Shown one piece after another: positions 1-10,284 of a stretch of DNA of 64,000 bases. The stretch's first letter is position 1; each line of letters opens with the position of its first letter. The DNA is taken from the NCBI GenBank assembly GCA_003485765.1, contig DNHS01000011.1:9929-73928 (forward strand), given 5' to 3'. The stretch comes from Candidatus Omnitrophota bacterium. GTDB lineage: Bacteria; Omnitrophota; Gorgyraeia; Gorgyraeales; Gorgyraeaceae. Both the position numbers and the translations under genes were made by a program. Under the pieces are notes generated by a model. That model had not been told where the DNA came from. It ran no database searches and saw only the letters and a list, made by a program, of their open reading frames with translations.

Positions 1-768
1 CGCAAAGGTGAAGAATTTATTCTTGATAAGAAAAAAGAAAACCTAACAAATCATTTGATTTTTCCATTGCCTTCCAAAATATCAAAAGGCGTCTTGATTA
101 TAAAGACTGCTGATGGAAATCCTATGATAGGGCCTACGGCTGAGGATATTGAAGATAAGGAAGATCTTTCTACTTCTGACTCAGGGTTTAGCAAGGTTTT
201 ATTATCTGCCAGGCGCCTGATTCCATCAATAAATGATAAAGATATAATCGCTTATTTTGCAGGCCTTAGGCCTGTGGCAGGAGATGATTTTATTATAAGG
301 CATGAAGGTAAAGCCCATGGATTTATAAATGTCGCAGGCATACAATCTCCTGGTTTAACAGCTAGCCCTGCGATAGCGCTTTTAGTCGCAGATATTCTAA
401 AAAATAACGGCCTGGCTCTTAAAAAGAAATTAATATTCCACGCTCATCGAAAAAAAACAGCGCATATATTTGCGAGCCCATTCTCAAAAACAAAAAAGCT
501 TATTAAAAAAGATGCTTCTTACGGAGATATTGTCTGCAGGTGCGAAATGGTTTCTGCTAAAGAAATCAAGGATGCAATAAAGCGCGGGGCAAAGACAATG
601 GATGGCGTAAAATTCAGGACTCGCGCGCAGTCCGGCAGATGCCATGGAAGTTTCTGCGCCACAAGGATTATGAAAATTATGGCTGAAGAAACCCGAATGC
701 CTTTAACAGGGATAACGAAAAGAGGCAGAGGTTCAGAGATAGTAAAAAGAGACCGGGCCACCATGTAG
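1..768 (+). CDS. FAD-dependent oxidoreductase (GlpA/LhgO-like) with C-terminal BFD-like [2Fe-2S] domain, 5' truncated by window
   Basis: Frame is open from base 1 (RKGEEFILDK). Motifs FAGLRP, GIQSPGLTASPAIA, CRCE...GRCHGSFC. Confidence 0.85.
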   Translation, partial: RKGEEFILDKKKENLTNHLIFPLPSKISKGVLIIKTADGNPMIGPTAEDIEDKEDLSTSDSGFSKVLLSARRLIPSINDKDIIAYFAGLRPVAGDDFIIRHEGKAHGFINVAGIQSPGLTASPAIALLVADILKNNGLALKKKLIFHAHRKKTAHIFASPFSKTKKLIKKDASYGDIVCRCEMVSAKEIKDAIKRGAKTMDGVKFRTRAQSGRCHGSFCATRIMKIMAEETRMPLTGITKRGRGSEIVKRDRATM

Positions 769-786
769 GTGGCAGAGGTTTGATAA

Positions 787-1734
787 ATGATTAAAAGAGA
801 TTTAGTGATAGTCGGAGGCGGGCCCGCAGGAATGGCAGCAGCTGTTTCAGCATACGAAAACGGCGTAAAGGATATTTTGCTTATCGAAAGAGACCAATAT
901 CTGGGCGGGATTTTAAATCAGTGTATACACACAGGCTTTGGCATTAATTATTTCAAAGAGATTTTAACAGGGCCTGAATATGCTGACAGGTTTATTAAAA
1001 AGATTAAAGATATACAGGATATAGAAGTTAGTTTAAAATCGCTTGTGGTCAAATTGACGAATGATAAAACTGTTACATTTTTAAAACCAGGCAGATTGGA
1101 AACAGTTAAGGCAAAGGCAGTTATCATGGCTACAGGATGCAGGGAAAAGACAAGAGAGATGATTCATATACAAGGCACAAGGCCTGCTGGGATTTTTTCA
1201 GCCGGGTTAGCTCAGAAATTGATCAATATAGAAGGTCTTTTGCCTGGCAAGGAAGTTGTAATTATTGGCTCAGGGGATATCGGCCTTATTATGGCGAGGA
1301 GATTTGCGCTGGAAGGCGCAAAGGTAAAAGCTATTATTGAAATCCAGAAAGAAACAAGAGGGCTTTTGCGTAACGTGGTGCAATGCGTAGAGGATTTTGA
1401 TATACCTTTTTATTTTAACCATAAAATTTCAAGGATTTACGGAAAAGATAGAGTAGAAAAGGTAAGCGTGATGAAAGTAGACGATAATTTTAATGAAATC
1501 CCGGGCTCTTTATTTGAAATTAAATGCGACACTATATTGATATCAGTGGGCCTTATTTCCGAGAACGAGCTTATAGAGATGGCAGGGGTTAAGATAGAAG
1601 AGAATAAAACATCTGTGCCAGGAATTTTTGTATGCGGAAATTCTTTTAAAATATACGATATGGTGGATTCCGTTACAGAAGATAGCATACTTACAGGTAA
1701 ACTCGCTGCGGAATATATAATGAGTTGTAAATAA
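787..1734 (+). CDS. NAD(P)/FAD-dependent pyridine nucleotide-disulfide oxidoreductase
   Basis: GGGPAG, ATGCRE and GSGDIG motifs; usual partner of the upstream gene. Confidence 0.85.
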   Translation: MIKRDLVIVGGGPAGMAAAVSAYENGVKDILLIERDQYLGGILNQCIHTGFGINYFKEILTGPEYADRFIKKIKDIQDIEVSLKSLVVKLTNDKTVTFLKPGRLETVKAKAVIMATGCREKTREMIHIQGTRPAGIFSAGLAQKLINIEGLLPGKEVVIIGSGDIGLIMARRFALEGAKVKAIIEIQKETRGLLRNVVQCVEDFDIPFYFNHKISRIYGKDRVEKVSVMKVDDNFNEIPGSLFEIKCDTILISVGLISENELIEMAGVKIEENKTSVPGIFVCGNSFKIYDMVDSVTEDSILTGKLAAEYIMSCK

Positions 1735-1738
1735 ACCC

Positions 1739-1781
1739 AAACAACTTTACAAATCGACAATGTCATTTTGTAAAGTTGTTT
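1739..1781. repeat. REP-like palindrome, AACTTTACA family (copy 1)
   Basis: AAACAACTTTACAAA-TC-GACAATGTC-AT-TTTGTAAAGTTGTTT; near-identical to 22227-22269. Confidence 0.85.
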
Positions 1782-1793
1782 AGAGGGGCATAT

Positions 1794-2153
1794 ATGACAA
1801 TAAAAAAGTTAACGTGTATAGAATGTCCGGAAGGGTGCAGGTTGACAGTTGATATAGAAAATTCCAGAATAATCAAGGTCGCTGGCAATAAATGCCCTAA
1901 GGGAGAAGAATATGCAATATCTGAGATTGAAAATCCGGTCAGGATCCTGACCTCTAGTGTTTTAAGCCAGGGCCTGGGATTAAAAATGATCCCTGTCAGG
2001 ACTGATAAGCCGATACCGAAATCCAGGATTTTTGAGGCAATGGAAGAGATTAAAAAAGTCAGGGTTAGCAGGCCTTTAAGTACAGGCGATATTGTTGTAA
2101 AAAATTTTTCAGGATTAGGTGTAAATCTTATTGCGACGAGAAGAGTAAAATGA
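1794..2153 (+). CDS. DUF1667-type CxxC metal-binding protein (oxidoreductase-associated)
   Basis: CIECPEGC, GNKCPKG, RILTSSV, PVRTDKPIPK; ATG at 1794 follows GAGGGG. Confidence 0.8.
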   Translation: MTIKKLTCIECPEGCRLTVDIENSRIIKVAGNKCPKGEEYAISEIENPVRILTSSVLSQGLGLKMIPVRTDKPIPKSRIFEAMEEIKKVRVSRPLSTGDIVVKNFSGLGVNLIATRRVK

Positions 2154-2587
2154 ATAAAGAATTTTCAGCAGGCGCAGTTATTTTTAAAAAAGAAAGCGCT
2201 AATATATTTTTTCTTATCATATACAGCAGTAGAAATAAAATATGGGGTTTTCCAAAAGGGCATCTGGAACAAGGCGAGACTGCAAAGGAAGCTGCAATTA
2301 GAGAGATAAAAGAAGAAGTGGGCTTTGAAAATTTACATTTTATTGATGGGTTTAAAGAAAAAGTTATGTATGAAACGACAAGTAAAAGGCCGCCTTTTAA
2401 AGGTGAGAAAATAGAAAAATATGTGACATATTTTTTGTGCGAAATAAAAAATCAGGATATAATAGTGGATGGCAGGGAAATAACAGATTATAAATTTTTG
2501 CCTTTAGATAAGGCAGAACGAATGATCAGATTCCGCAATTTAGCTATTTTACTTAGGAGAGCTTATGATTTTTTACAAGGCATGTAA
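2150..2587 (+). CDS. NUDIX hydrolase (Ap4A hydrolase-like)
   Basis: SAGAV, then WGFPKGHLEQGETAKEAAIREIKEEVG Nudix box. Confidence 0.9.
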   Translation: MNKEFSAGAVIFKKESANIFFLIIYSSRNKIWGFPKGHLEQGETAKEAAIREIKEEVGFENLHFIDGFKEKVMYETTSKRPPFKGEKIEKYVTYFLCEIKNQDIIVDGREITDYKFLPLDKAERMIRFRNLAILLRRAYDFLQGM

Positions 2588-3179
2588 ATTTTACGCAATT
2601 ATCGCCGGGCTTATGTTTTTAAGTGGTTGTTCTGTTCTGAAAGTCGCTGGCACTGCTGTCGGGACCACATGCAAGGTAGTCTATACAACAGTCAAGGTTA
2701 CAGGAAAAGTTGTGGGAACAACTGCTAAGGTTGTAGGCAAAACCGCTGTGGTGACAGGCAAGGGAGTCAGGACAGTAGTTAACATGGCGACAGGAAAGCA
2801 TACCGTGAAACTTACAAAATGTGGCAACAGCCTTACTACAGGCGTACTTTTGAATAGAAAAATAAACGCAGATTTGATTGTTGATACAGGGGCTAGCGAT
2901 ACTGTTATATCTACTAATCTCGCTAAAAAATTAGGCATACCTCTTAATAAAAGCCAGAATGTTTTGTGCCAGGTGGCTGATGGCCGCACAGTGAAAGGCA
3001 AGCAGGTAAATATAAAAGAAGTCAGGGTAGGCGGGGCAAAGGTCTATAATGTGCAGGCAGTGGTGCTTGATTCAGGGGAAATGGGAAATAGCCCAGGCTT
3101 ATTAGGCATGTCTTTTCTGAATAATTTTGTTTTTAAGGTAGATACTGAAAAAGAATTATTAGTATTGCAAAAAAGGTAA
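2565..3179 (+). CDS. Lipoprotein with retropepsin-like (clan AA) aspartyl protease domain
   Basis: Lipobox LSGC; IVDTGAS, ADGR and LLGMSFL motifs. Confidence 0.8.
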   Translation: MIFYKACKFYAIIAGLMFLSGCSVLKVAGTAVGTTCKVVYTTVKVTGKVVGTTAKVVGKTAVVTGKGVRTVVNMATGKHTVKLTKCGNSLTTGVLLNRKINADLIVDTGASDTVISTNLAKKLGIPLNKSQNVLCQVADGRTVKGKQVNIKEVRVGGAKVYNVQAVVLDSGEMGNSPGLLGMSFLNNFVFKVDTEKELLVLQKR

Positions 3180-3245
3180 CAAACCACCCTTTCTAATATT
3201 ACAAAACAAGTCATACTCATTTTGTAACATTCAATCCTTTTGGTA

Positions 3246-3309
3246 TTGACAGTGCTTAAGAGATATGATATATTTAATGTAGTTGATAGTTAACTATATT
3301 TACTATCAA
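3246..3309 (+). promoter_or_regulatory. Sigma70-like promoter and probable MarR operator
   Basis: TTGACA (3246), 17 nt, TATATT (3269) with TGn extension; inverted repeat TTGATAGT-N11-ACTATCAA at 3283-3309, just upstream of marR. Confidence 0.65.
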
Positions 3310-3320
3310 GGAGATTAAAT

Positions 3321-3770
3321 ATGTCTATCACTATTACGGAGTTTGCTGATAAGATTAACGATGTGGTGCCTGTTATGATAAAGGAATTTTCAAGGCGTAA
3401 CGTCGCTGAACTTTATAAGGGCAAGATCACTCTTCCGCAGTTTCTTATCCTGGGATTTCTGCATAATAACGGCGATTCAAAGATGTGCGGCATTGCCAAA
3501 TTTATGTCAGTGACAACAGCTGCCATGACAGGCATGGTGGACAGGCTTGAAAAATACGGGTACGTAAAAAGAAAATCTGAGCCTCAAGATAGAAGAATCA
3601 TCAATGTGAGCCTTACCAAAAAGGGCATGGAGCTTGTCAAAAAGATAAACGAGAAGAGGCGGCGCATGATAATAGACGTATTCGGCAGAGTTTCTGAACA
3701 AGACCGCTCTGATTATCTGAGGGTTTTGATGAAGATAAAAGAAATATTGACAGATAAAAAGGCAGAGTGA
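3321..3770 (+). CDS. MarR family transcriptional regulator
   Basis: ITLPQFLIL, VDRLEKYGYVKR, DRR, LTKKG winged-helix pattern. Confidence 0.92.
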   Translation: MSITITEFADKINDVVPVMIKEFSRRNVAELYKGKITLPQFLILGFLHNNGDSKMCGIAKFMSVTTAAMTGMVDRLEKYGYVKRKSEPQDRRIINVSLTKKGMELVKKINEKRRRMIIDVFGRVSEQDRSDYLRVLMKIKEILTDKKAE

Positions 3771-3771
3771 T

Positions 3772-5325
3772 ATGAAAAGGATTATTTGTACTTTATTAAT
3801 ATGGATGGTCTTATTCACATTTGGCGGCATTTCCTTTGCAGCAGATATAAAAATCGATGAGGAAATGTCAAGAGTAATAGACAGGCTTCTTTTTATAGCA
3901 GCCGGTACTCAGAATAGAGTTTTAAAGATTAGCTTGGTAGATGTGATTTCTTATGCCCTGAAAAGCAACTCCGAGATACTTATAAAGCAGATCGACCCGA
4001 AGTTAAAAGAAGATGATGTGAGGATAGCCAGGGCAGATTTTGAGCCAATCTTTAGCGCTGATTATACGCTGCATAGTAATACGAAGGCTTCCTCATCTAG
4101 TTTAAGCGGGGCAAATATCTCTTATACAAGAGATATTGATTTTAACGCAGGTATGTCAGGAAAATTAATTACAGGGACAGAGTATGCGGTAGATTTTATA
4201 AATGAGAGATATAAAAGTAATTCTAGTTTCCAGTCTATGAACCCTTATTATACTACAGAGCCGAAGATAACTATTACACAGCCTGTTTTTAGAGACTCTG
4301 GTATTTTAGTTAATACTGCCGATATTGTCATAGCGCAGAATAATAAAAAGGTGTCCGAGGAAGATTTTAAAGAAACTGTTATGGATATCATTACCAAAAC
4401 TAAGGTTAGGTATTATAATCTCATGTATTTTTTAGAGAATTATTCCATCGCCGGCTCTTCATTGGAACGCGCAAAGGACTTGTTAGAGATAAATAAAGCC
4501 CGGTATAAAAAAGGTTTGGTAAGTTCATTAGATTTATTAGAAATAGAAACAACCGTTGCTGATAGGGAAAAGGCGCTAATCAGCGCAGAAGCAAATTTAA
4601 AAAAGGCAGAGGATGATTTAAAACTAATTACTAATTTAGTAGACGACCCGGAATTATGGAATGCAAAACTGGAATTGATTGATGATAAGCCAGAATTTAA
4701 TGAACAAAATTTGGATTTACTTGAGTGTCTGAAAAATTCCTTTCAATATCGGCCTGATTATAATTCAAACAAGGTGGATTTAAAAAATAAAGATATAAAG
4801 ATATTAACTGCCCAGGATGCGCTTTTTCCTACGGTGGACTTAGCTGGCAGTTTTGGCCTAAATGGATTGGGCAAGGATTATCAGGATGCATTAGACAATA
4901 CAAAAGGCGATTACAAGGATTGGAGTGTTGGTTTTAAGGTAAGTGTTCCATGGGGAGGGAGCGAACGCGCAAAACTTGACCAACGCAAACTTGAATTAGC
5001 CCAGGCCATCATAGCTTTTAAAAGATTAGAACAAAATATTATATTAGATGTTAGGGATAAGATAAGGGCTGTTAATATCGCGATGCGGCAGATTAAGGCA
5101 TCCCGGCTTTCTAAGGAGAAAGAAATTCGAAATTATCAAGCACAAAAAGAAAGATATGCCACAGGCCATGTATCAACGCATGATATTTTAGATTATCAGG
5201 AAAATTTAGCCCGCGCAGAACTTGATTATATAAAAAGCCTTATTGATTATAATATAGCCATTGTCAATTTAGATAAAAGCCAGGGATTGGCCCTAATAAA
5301 AAATAATATAATGGTGGAGGGATGA
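3772..5325 (+). CDS. TolC family outer membrane efflux protein
   Basis: Signal peptide, OEP repeat pattern (ITQP; RYKKGLVSSLDLL; RYATGHVSTHD), operon context. Confidence 0.88.
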   Translation: MKRIICTLLIWMVLFTFGGISFAADIKIDEEMSRVIDRLLFIAAGTQNRVLKISLVDVISYALKSNSEILIKQIDPKLKEDDVRIARADFEPIFSADYTLHSNTKASSSSLSGANISYTRDIDFNAGMSGKLITGTEYAVDFINERYKSNSSFQSMNPYYTTEPKITITQPVFRDSGILVNTADIVIAQNNKKVSEEDFKETVMDIITKTKVRYYNLMYFLENYSIAGSSLERAKDLLEINKARYKKGLVSSLDLLEIETTVADREKALISAEANLKKAEDDLKLITNLVDDPELWNAKLELIDDKPEFNEQNLDLLECLKNSFQYRPDYNSNKVDLKNKDIKILTAQDALFPTVDLAGSFGLNGLGKDYQDALDNTKGDYKDWSVGFKVSVPWGGSERAKLDQRKLELAQAIIAFKRLEQNIILDVRDKIRAVNIAMRQIKASRLSKEKEIRNYQAQKERYATGHVSTHDILDYQENLARAELDYIKSLIDYNIAIVNLDKSQGLALIKNNIMVEG

Positions 5326-6200
5326 TGAAGAAAACAAAGATTATTTTGGTATTTGTATTCTGCATTTTGAATTTTCTATCTGGCTGTACAAAAAAGCAAG
5401 AAGTAACTAAACAGGACGAGCTGATTCCCGTAAAAGTAATGAGGGTTGGGCTTAAAGATATTTACAAGACATTGGAATATGTGGGAGATATAAAGGCGCT
5501 GGAAGAGGCAGTTATATATCCAAAGGTCAGCGGTAAGATTATAGAAAAGGTAAAGCAGGATGGAAGCGAGATTGAAAAAGGCGGCGCAATTTTTTATATA
5601 GACAGAGACGAAGTGGGGTTAAAGTTTGAAAAAGCGCCTGTTGAAAGCCCTATAGATGGTATTGTGGGCAGGATATATGTAGATATAGGCGCTAATGTTA
5701 CAACTCAAAGCCCTGTCGCGCTTGTAGTCTCTATGGATAAGGTAAAGATAGGCCTTAGCATACCCGAAAAGCATCTTGCCAGTATTTCGCTCGAGCAGAA
5801 AGCGAGTGTCCGCGTAGATAGTTATCCTGACAAGGAATTTACAGGCGTTGTAACAAAGATAAGCCCTGTCTTGGATATGGAAACGCGTTCAATGCCTATT
5901 GAGATAACAATAGATAACAAAGGCCATTTTCTTAAATCAGGGATGTTTGCCAGAGTGTCTTTAATAATAGACAAGGAAAAAGCCGCGCCTTTAATTTTAA
6001 AGGAATCTATTATGGGTAAAGGCGAAGATACGTATGTATATATTGTAGAAAATAATAAAGCTGTTTTGAGAAAGGTTAAACTTGGCATAAGACAAAATGA
6101 GTATTTTCAGGCAAAAGAAGGCGTTAGGGAAGGATATCTTGTTGTCATAATGGGGCAGCAGAGGTTAAGAGACGGTGTTAGCGTGAAAGTAGAACAATAA
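5322..6200 (+). CDS. RND efflux periplasmic adaptor (membrane fusion protein)
   Basis: Lipobox LSGC; PKVSGKI, SPIDGIV, LKSGMFARV. Confidence 0.9.
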   Translation: MMKKTKIILVFVFCILNFLSGCTKKQEVTKQDELIPVKVMRVGLKDIYKTLEYVGDIKALEEAVIYPKVSGKIIEKVKQDGSEIEKGGAIFYIDRDEVGLKFEKAPVESPIDGIVGRIYVDIGANVTTQSPVALVVSMDKVKIGLSIPEKHLASISLEQKASVRVDSYPDKEFTGVVTKISPVLDMETRSMPIEITIDNKGHFLKSGMFARVSLIIDKEKAAPLILKESIMGKGEDTYVYIVENNKAVLRKVKLGIRQNEYFQAKEGVREGYLVVIMGQQRLRDGVSVKVEQ

Positions 6201-6215
6201 TAAGGGTGGTGCGGG

Positions 6216-9200
6216 GTGAATCTTCCTGAATTTGGAGTTAGAAGGCCTGTAACAAATCTCATGATATTCTGCGTAATACTTGTCATTGCGCTTTATAGCA
6301 TTACAAAGCTCGGGATCGACATGTTTCCTAAAATAGAGCCGCCGTCCATATCTGTAATTGCGGCTTATCCAGGAGCGAACCCGCTTGACGTAGAAGCAAA
6401 AGTCACAGAGCCTCTTGAAAACCAGCTTGGCACTACCCCCGGCCTTGAAAAGATTACATCGCGCTCAACAGAGGGCATGTCCAGCCTTTCCCTTAAATTC
6501 AAATGGGGGACAAATTTAGATGAGGCCTCAAATGACATACGCGACAGGATTGATTTAGCAAAAAGATTTCTTCCGGATATACCAGATGAAATGGACAACC
6601 CTTTTATATTTAAATTTAATACGGCAAATATACCTATCGTATTCCTTGGCATAACAGCGAAAGAAACATATTCGGAACTCTATGATCTTGTTGATAAAAG
6701 GATTGGGGACGCGCTCCGCCAGCTTCCCGGCGTAGGCGCTGTTCAGATTCAAGGAGGCGGGCTTCAAAGGCAAATAAATGTCTGGATGGACAGAGATGTT
6801 TTAGAAGGTTATGACCTTTCAATATTGGACATACAGGCTATATTAAAGCAGGAAAATATAACTCAGCCAGTGGGCAGCATTAAAGCAGGGCTTACAGATT
6901 ATCTATTGAGGCTGCCAGGCGAATTCGCAAGCCCTGACGAGATAAATTCCGTTATTATAGGAAAGAAAGACAATAAATTTGTTTATTTAAAAGATGTCGC
7001 GCGGGTAGAAGACGGATTTAAAGAGGTTGATTCTATTGTAAGAGTAAATAGAAATCCCGGCATCATGATGATGGTCCAAAAACAGTCTGGCACAAATACT
7101 GTTGAGGTGGCAGAGACAGTTAAGAAAAAATTGGACGATATTAAAAAGACACTGCCGGCCGATGTAAATATTATTGTAATCTTTGATACTTCAAAAGATA
7201 TTATAAATTCTTTAGAGTCTTTAAAATCTAATGTGTGGGCCGCGGTGTTTCTTGTTGTCGGGGTAGTGTGGTTTTTTCTCAGGCAATTTGCTCCGAGCGC
7301 AATAATTGCGCTTACAATACCTTTTTCGCTTCTTATAAGTTTTATATATTTATTTCTTTCTGGAAAGACAATAAATATCATAAGCCTTTCAAGCCTCGCT
7401 ATAGCGAGCGGCATGGTTGTTGATAACGCTATTGTAGTTGTTGATAATGTTTACCGCCATATGGAAAAAGGCCAGAGGCCTAGCGAGGCATCGATATACG
7501 GCGCATCAGAAATGTTTTTATCAATAGCAGCTTCCACGCTTACAACAGTGGTTGTATTTGTGCCTATGCTTTTTATTACAGGGGTGACTGGCATAATGTT
7601 TAAAGAATTAGCTGTCATAATAATAGTTACCTTAATAGCGTCTCTTTTTACAGCAGCTACTTTTTCTCCTATGCTATGTTCCAGGTGGCTCAGGGTCAGG
7701 AAAGAAAGAAAAGGGTTTTTTGAAAAATTTTATAAGGTATTCGAAAATATGTTTAAATCATGGGAAAATATTTACGCTGCTTCGCTTAGATGGTGCCTGA
7801 GGCATAAAAAGATAGTTTTAATAGGGTTTTCAGCTATATTTATTTCCAGTTTATTTTTAACCCGTTTTATAGGAAATGAATTTTCTCCTGAAGAGGATTC
7901 AGGAGACATAAGGATCAGTATAGACCTTCCACTTGGCACGCGAGTCGAAGAGACTGATAAGGCGGCTAATGTAATAGAAGGGATTTTTAAAGAAGAAGCG
8001 CCTGAGGCATTGTATATGTATGTCAGGAGCGGCCAGGTTTCAGGCATTGGCAGAAGCCTTGGGCAATCTTCAGGCACGCATATTGTTGCAGCAGGCGTAA
8101 AACTTGTGCCTAAAACGCAAAGAAAAAGGCCTGTTACAGAGGTTGCGCAGGCCTTGAGGAAAAGGATTATTGCTATCCCCGGGGTTACAAAAACAGATGT
8201 AACAACTGGTAATCCTATAGGAAGGCTTGTAAGCGGAATGGGCGGAAAGGCAGTGCAGGTAGAGATTATAGGCAATTCATTTGAAGACACAGATAGACTT
8301 GCAGCTAAGGTAAAACAGATGATGGAGAAAGTGCCGGGCGCTGTTGATATTACTATATCCAGGGAATCAAGAAGGCCTGAGCTTGAGATCCAGATTGACA
8401 GGCAAAAGGCTGTAAATCTTGGTTTAAATATGAACGTAATAGCCTTAAGCCTTAAAAGTTATATAGAAGGCTCCACTGCCACAAAATACAGGGAGAAAGG
8501 AGAAACATATGATATATATGTCAGGCTTGAGGAAAGCTCCCGTTCAAAAATAGAAGATATTGAAAATCTTTCTATAGTATCCCCATATACAAAAAAACAG
8601 GTGAAGTTTGCGAATTTTGCAAGCGTGAAAGAAGCTCTTGGCCCTGTCAGGATAGACCGCATGAACAGAGAGAGGGTTGTAAAAGTGGAGTGCAATACTT
8701 ATGGCCGCTCCACTGGAAAGGTAGTAGAGGATATTAAAAAAGAATTGCAAAACATAGTGATGCCGTATGGTATTATGGTAAATTTCGGAGGGGATGCTGA
8801 AGAACAGCGAAAAGCATTTAAGGATATGTGGCTCCTACTCGTATTGGGGATAATACTTGTTTACATGGTAATGGCAGCGCAATTTGAATCGCTTCTGGAC
8901 CCTTTTATTGTCATGTTCAGCGTGCCTTTTACGTTTACCGGAGTTTTTGCTGCGTTTGCATTGACGAATACAACCTTGAGCTTGATAAGTTTTTTAGGAA
9001 TGGTCATGCTTATGGGTATAGTGGTAAACAATGCGATTGTCCTTATAAGTTATATTAATATATTGAGAGCAAGGGGCCTTAATATTGTGGAAGCGGTTAC
9101 GCAGAGCGGAAAAGAAAGGCTCAGACCTGTTCTTATGACTACAATTACTACTCTTGTAGGGCTTCTGCCGCTGGCATTGTCAAGAGGCGAGGGGTCAGAA

Positions 9201-9341
9201 ACATGGAATCCGCTTGGAATCACCATGATAGGCGGACTGACAGTGTCTACATTTATTACAATGCTGTTTGTCCCGACTCTTTACGCGGTTTTCGAATCAA
9301 AACTGAAAAAGAAAGGCAAGACAGCAAGTTTACACTTCTGA
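6216..9341 (+). CDS. AcrB/AcrD/AcrF family RND transporter permease
   Basis: 1041 aa; VDNAIVVVDN, GIVVNNAIVL, RLRPVLMT. Confidence 0.95.
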   Translation: MNLPEFGVRRPVTNLMIFCVILVIALYSITKLGIDMFPKIEPPSISVIAAYPGANPLDVEAKVTEPLENQLGTTPGLEKITSRSTEGMSSLSLKFKWGTNLDEASNDIRDRIDLAKRFLPDIPDEMDNPFIFKFNTANIPIVFLGITAKETYSELYDLVDKRIGDALRQLPGVGAVQIQGGGLQRQINVWMDRDVLEGYDLSILDIQAILKQENITQPVGSIKAGLTDYLLRLPGEFASPDEINSVIIGKKDNKFVYLKDVARVEDGFKEVDSIVRVNRNPGIMMMVQKQSGTNTVEVAETVKKKLDDIKKTLPADVNIIVIFDTSKDIINSLESLKSNVWAAVFLVVGVVWFFLRQFAPSAIIALTIPFSLLISFIYLFLSGKTINIISLSSLAIASGMVVDNAIVVVDNVYRHMEKGQRPSEASIYGASEMFLSIAASTLTTVVVFVPMLFITGVTGIMFKELAVIIIVTLIASLFTAATFSPMLCSRWLRVRKERKGFFEKFYKVFENMFKSWENIYAASLRWCLRHKKIVLIGFSAIFISSLFLTRFIGNEFSPEEDSGDIRISIDLPLGTRVEETDKAANVIEGIFKEEAPEALYMYVRSGQVSGIGRSLGQSSGTHIVAAGVKLVPKTQRKRPVTEVAQALRKRIIAIPGVTKTDVTTGNPIGRLVSGMGGKAVQVEIIGNSFEDTDRLAAKVKQMMEKVPGAVDITISRESRRPELEIQIDRQKAVNLGLNMNVIALSLKSYIEGSTATKYREKGETYDIYVRLEESSRSKIEDIENLSIVSPYTKKQVKFANFASVKEALGPVRIDRMNRERVVKVECNTYGRSTGKVVEDIKKELQNIVMPYGIMVNFGGDAEEQRKAFKDMWLLLVLGIILVYMVMAAQFESLLDPFIVMFSVPFTFTGVFAAFALTNTTLSLISFLGMVMLMGIVVNNAIVLISYINILRARGLNIVEAVTQSGKERLRPVLMTTITTLVGLLPLALSRGEGSETWNPLGITMIGGLTVSTFITMLFVPTLYAVFESKLKKKGKTASLHF

Positions 9342-9364
9342 CATTGTCGCAAGTGTAAACTTGC
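9324..9364. repeat. REP-like palindrome (copy 2), contains the RND gene stop codon
   Basis: GCAAGTTTACACTT-CT-GACATTGTC-GC-AAGTGTAAACTTGC. Confidence 0.8.
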
Positions 9365-9381
9365 CTGGTGCGGGGGATGAT

Positions 9382-9672
9382 ATGAAAATGGTGATGATAG
9401 TTTATAATGAGGCAATGGATATGGAGGTGATGGAGGTATTACATGGGTGCGTGCTGAAGAATTACACAAAGATCCCAGGTGTATTCGGTAAAGGGAATAC
9501 TTCAGGCACGCATATGGGAGATGATATATGGCCTGGAAAGAATAATATTTTATATGTAGCCTGCAGAGAGGATGATACAAAACAACTGCTTACCTGCGTT
9601 GAAAACCTGCGTAAAAAACTTGGCCGCGAAGGCATCAAGGCATTCACCTGGAATTTGGAAGAAATAACCTGA
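9382..9672 (+). CDS. PII-like transporter-associated small protein (PG0541-like)
   Basis: MKMVMIVYN...YTK..VFGKG..SGTHMGDDIWPGKN; directly follows the RND gene. Confidence 0.7.
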   Translation: MKMVMIVYNEAMDMEVMEVLHGCVLKNYTKIPGVFGKGNTSGTHMGDDIWPGKNNILYVACREDDTKQLLTCVENLRKKLGREGIKAFTWNLEEIT

Positions 9673-9719
9673 TAATTTTCCTCGCCTTATATTATTTTTT
9701 ATGATATAACAATAACACT

Positions 9720-10253
9720 ATGAATATTCAAGATGGTTGGGAAAAAGCTTTAAAACATACTAAAATAATAAGGCCGAGGCCTAAGGATCTCCTGACCTTT
9801 GAGGCTACAGAGGTGCCGTATATATTTTTATCTGAATCTCTGGTCAATCTGGGAGATACTGTGGTTAGGAAAGGCCAGGTAATGGTTGAAAAGCCCGCTA
9901 TAATACTTCCCTCTAACCTGCCTCAATTCGAAGGGTTTGATTTTGAAAAGGAATTTCATTCAGGACAGGATATGATTTTGAATTTTCTCCTTGTCCGAGG
10001 GGTTACTTTTCCATCCTTAAAATATAATAATAAAACCTATTCGCTTGATATTTATGAAGGCCACCTCGAAAAGGCGATCGGATATTATTCCGATAAATTA
10101 CAGCGGGGAGAAGATGTTACTAACGGCCTGGTGGTAGGGCCTGAAGACTCCTGGCAGTTTTCCGTCCTGATTTTTATAGCTACCCAGATTATGCGATCAG
10201 CAGACGGTGATATAAGAAGGCTACTAGAACGGTTCAGAAAAGAACAAGGTTAA
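9720..10253 (+). CDS. Conserved hypothetical protein
   Basis: 177 aa ORF with host-like codon usage; no family recognised. Confidence 0.65.
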   Translation: MNIQDGWEKALKHTKIIRPRPKDLLTFEATEVPYIFLSESLVNLGDTVVRKGQVMVEKPAIILPSNLPQFEGFDFEKEFHSGQDMILNFLLVRGVTFPSLKYNNKTYSLDIYEGHLEKAIGYYSDKLQRGEDVTNGLVVGPEDSWQFSVLIFIATQIMRSADGDIRRLLERFRKEQG

Positions 10254-10284
10254 TCTGCCATGAATTCCTTGACGACTATACATC

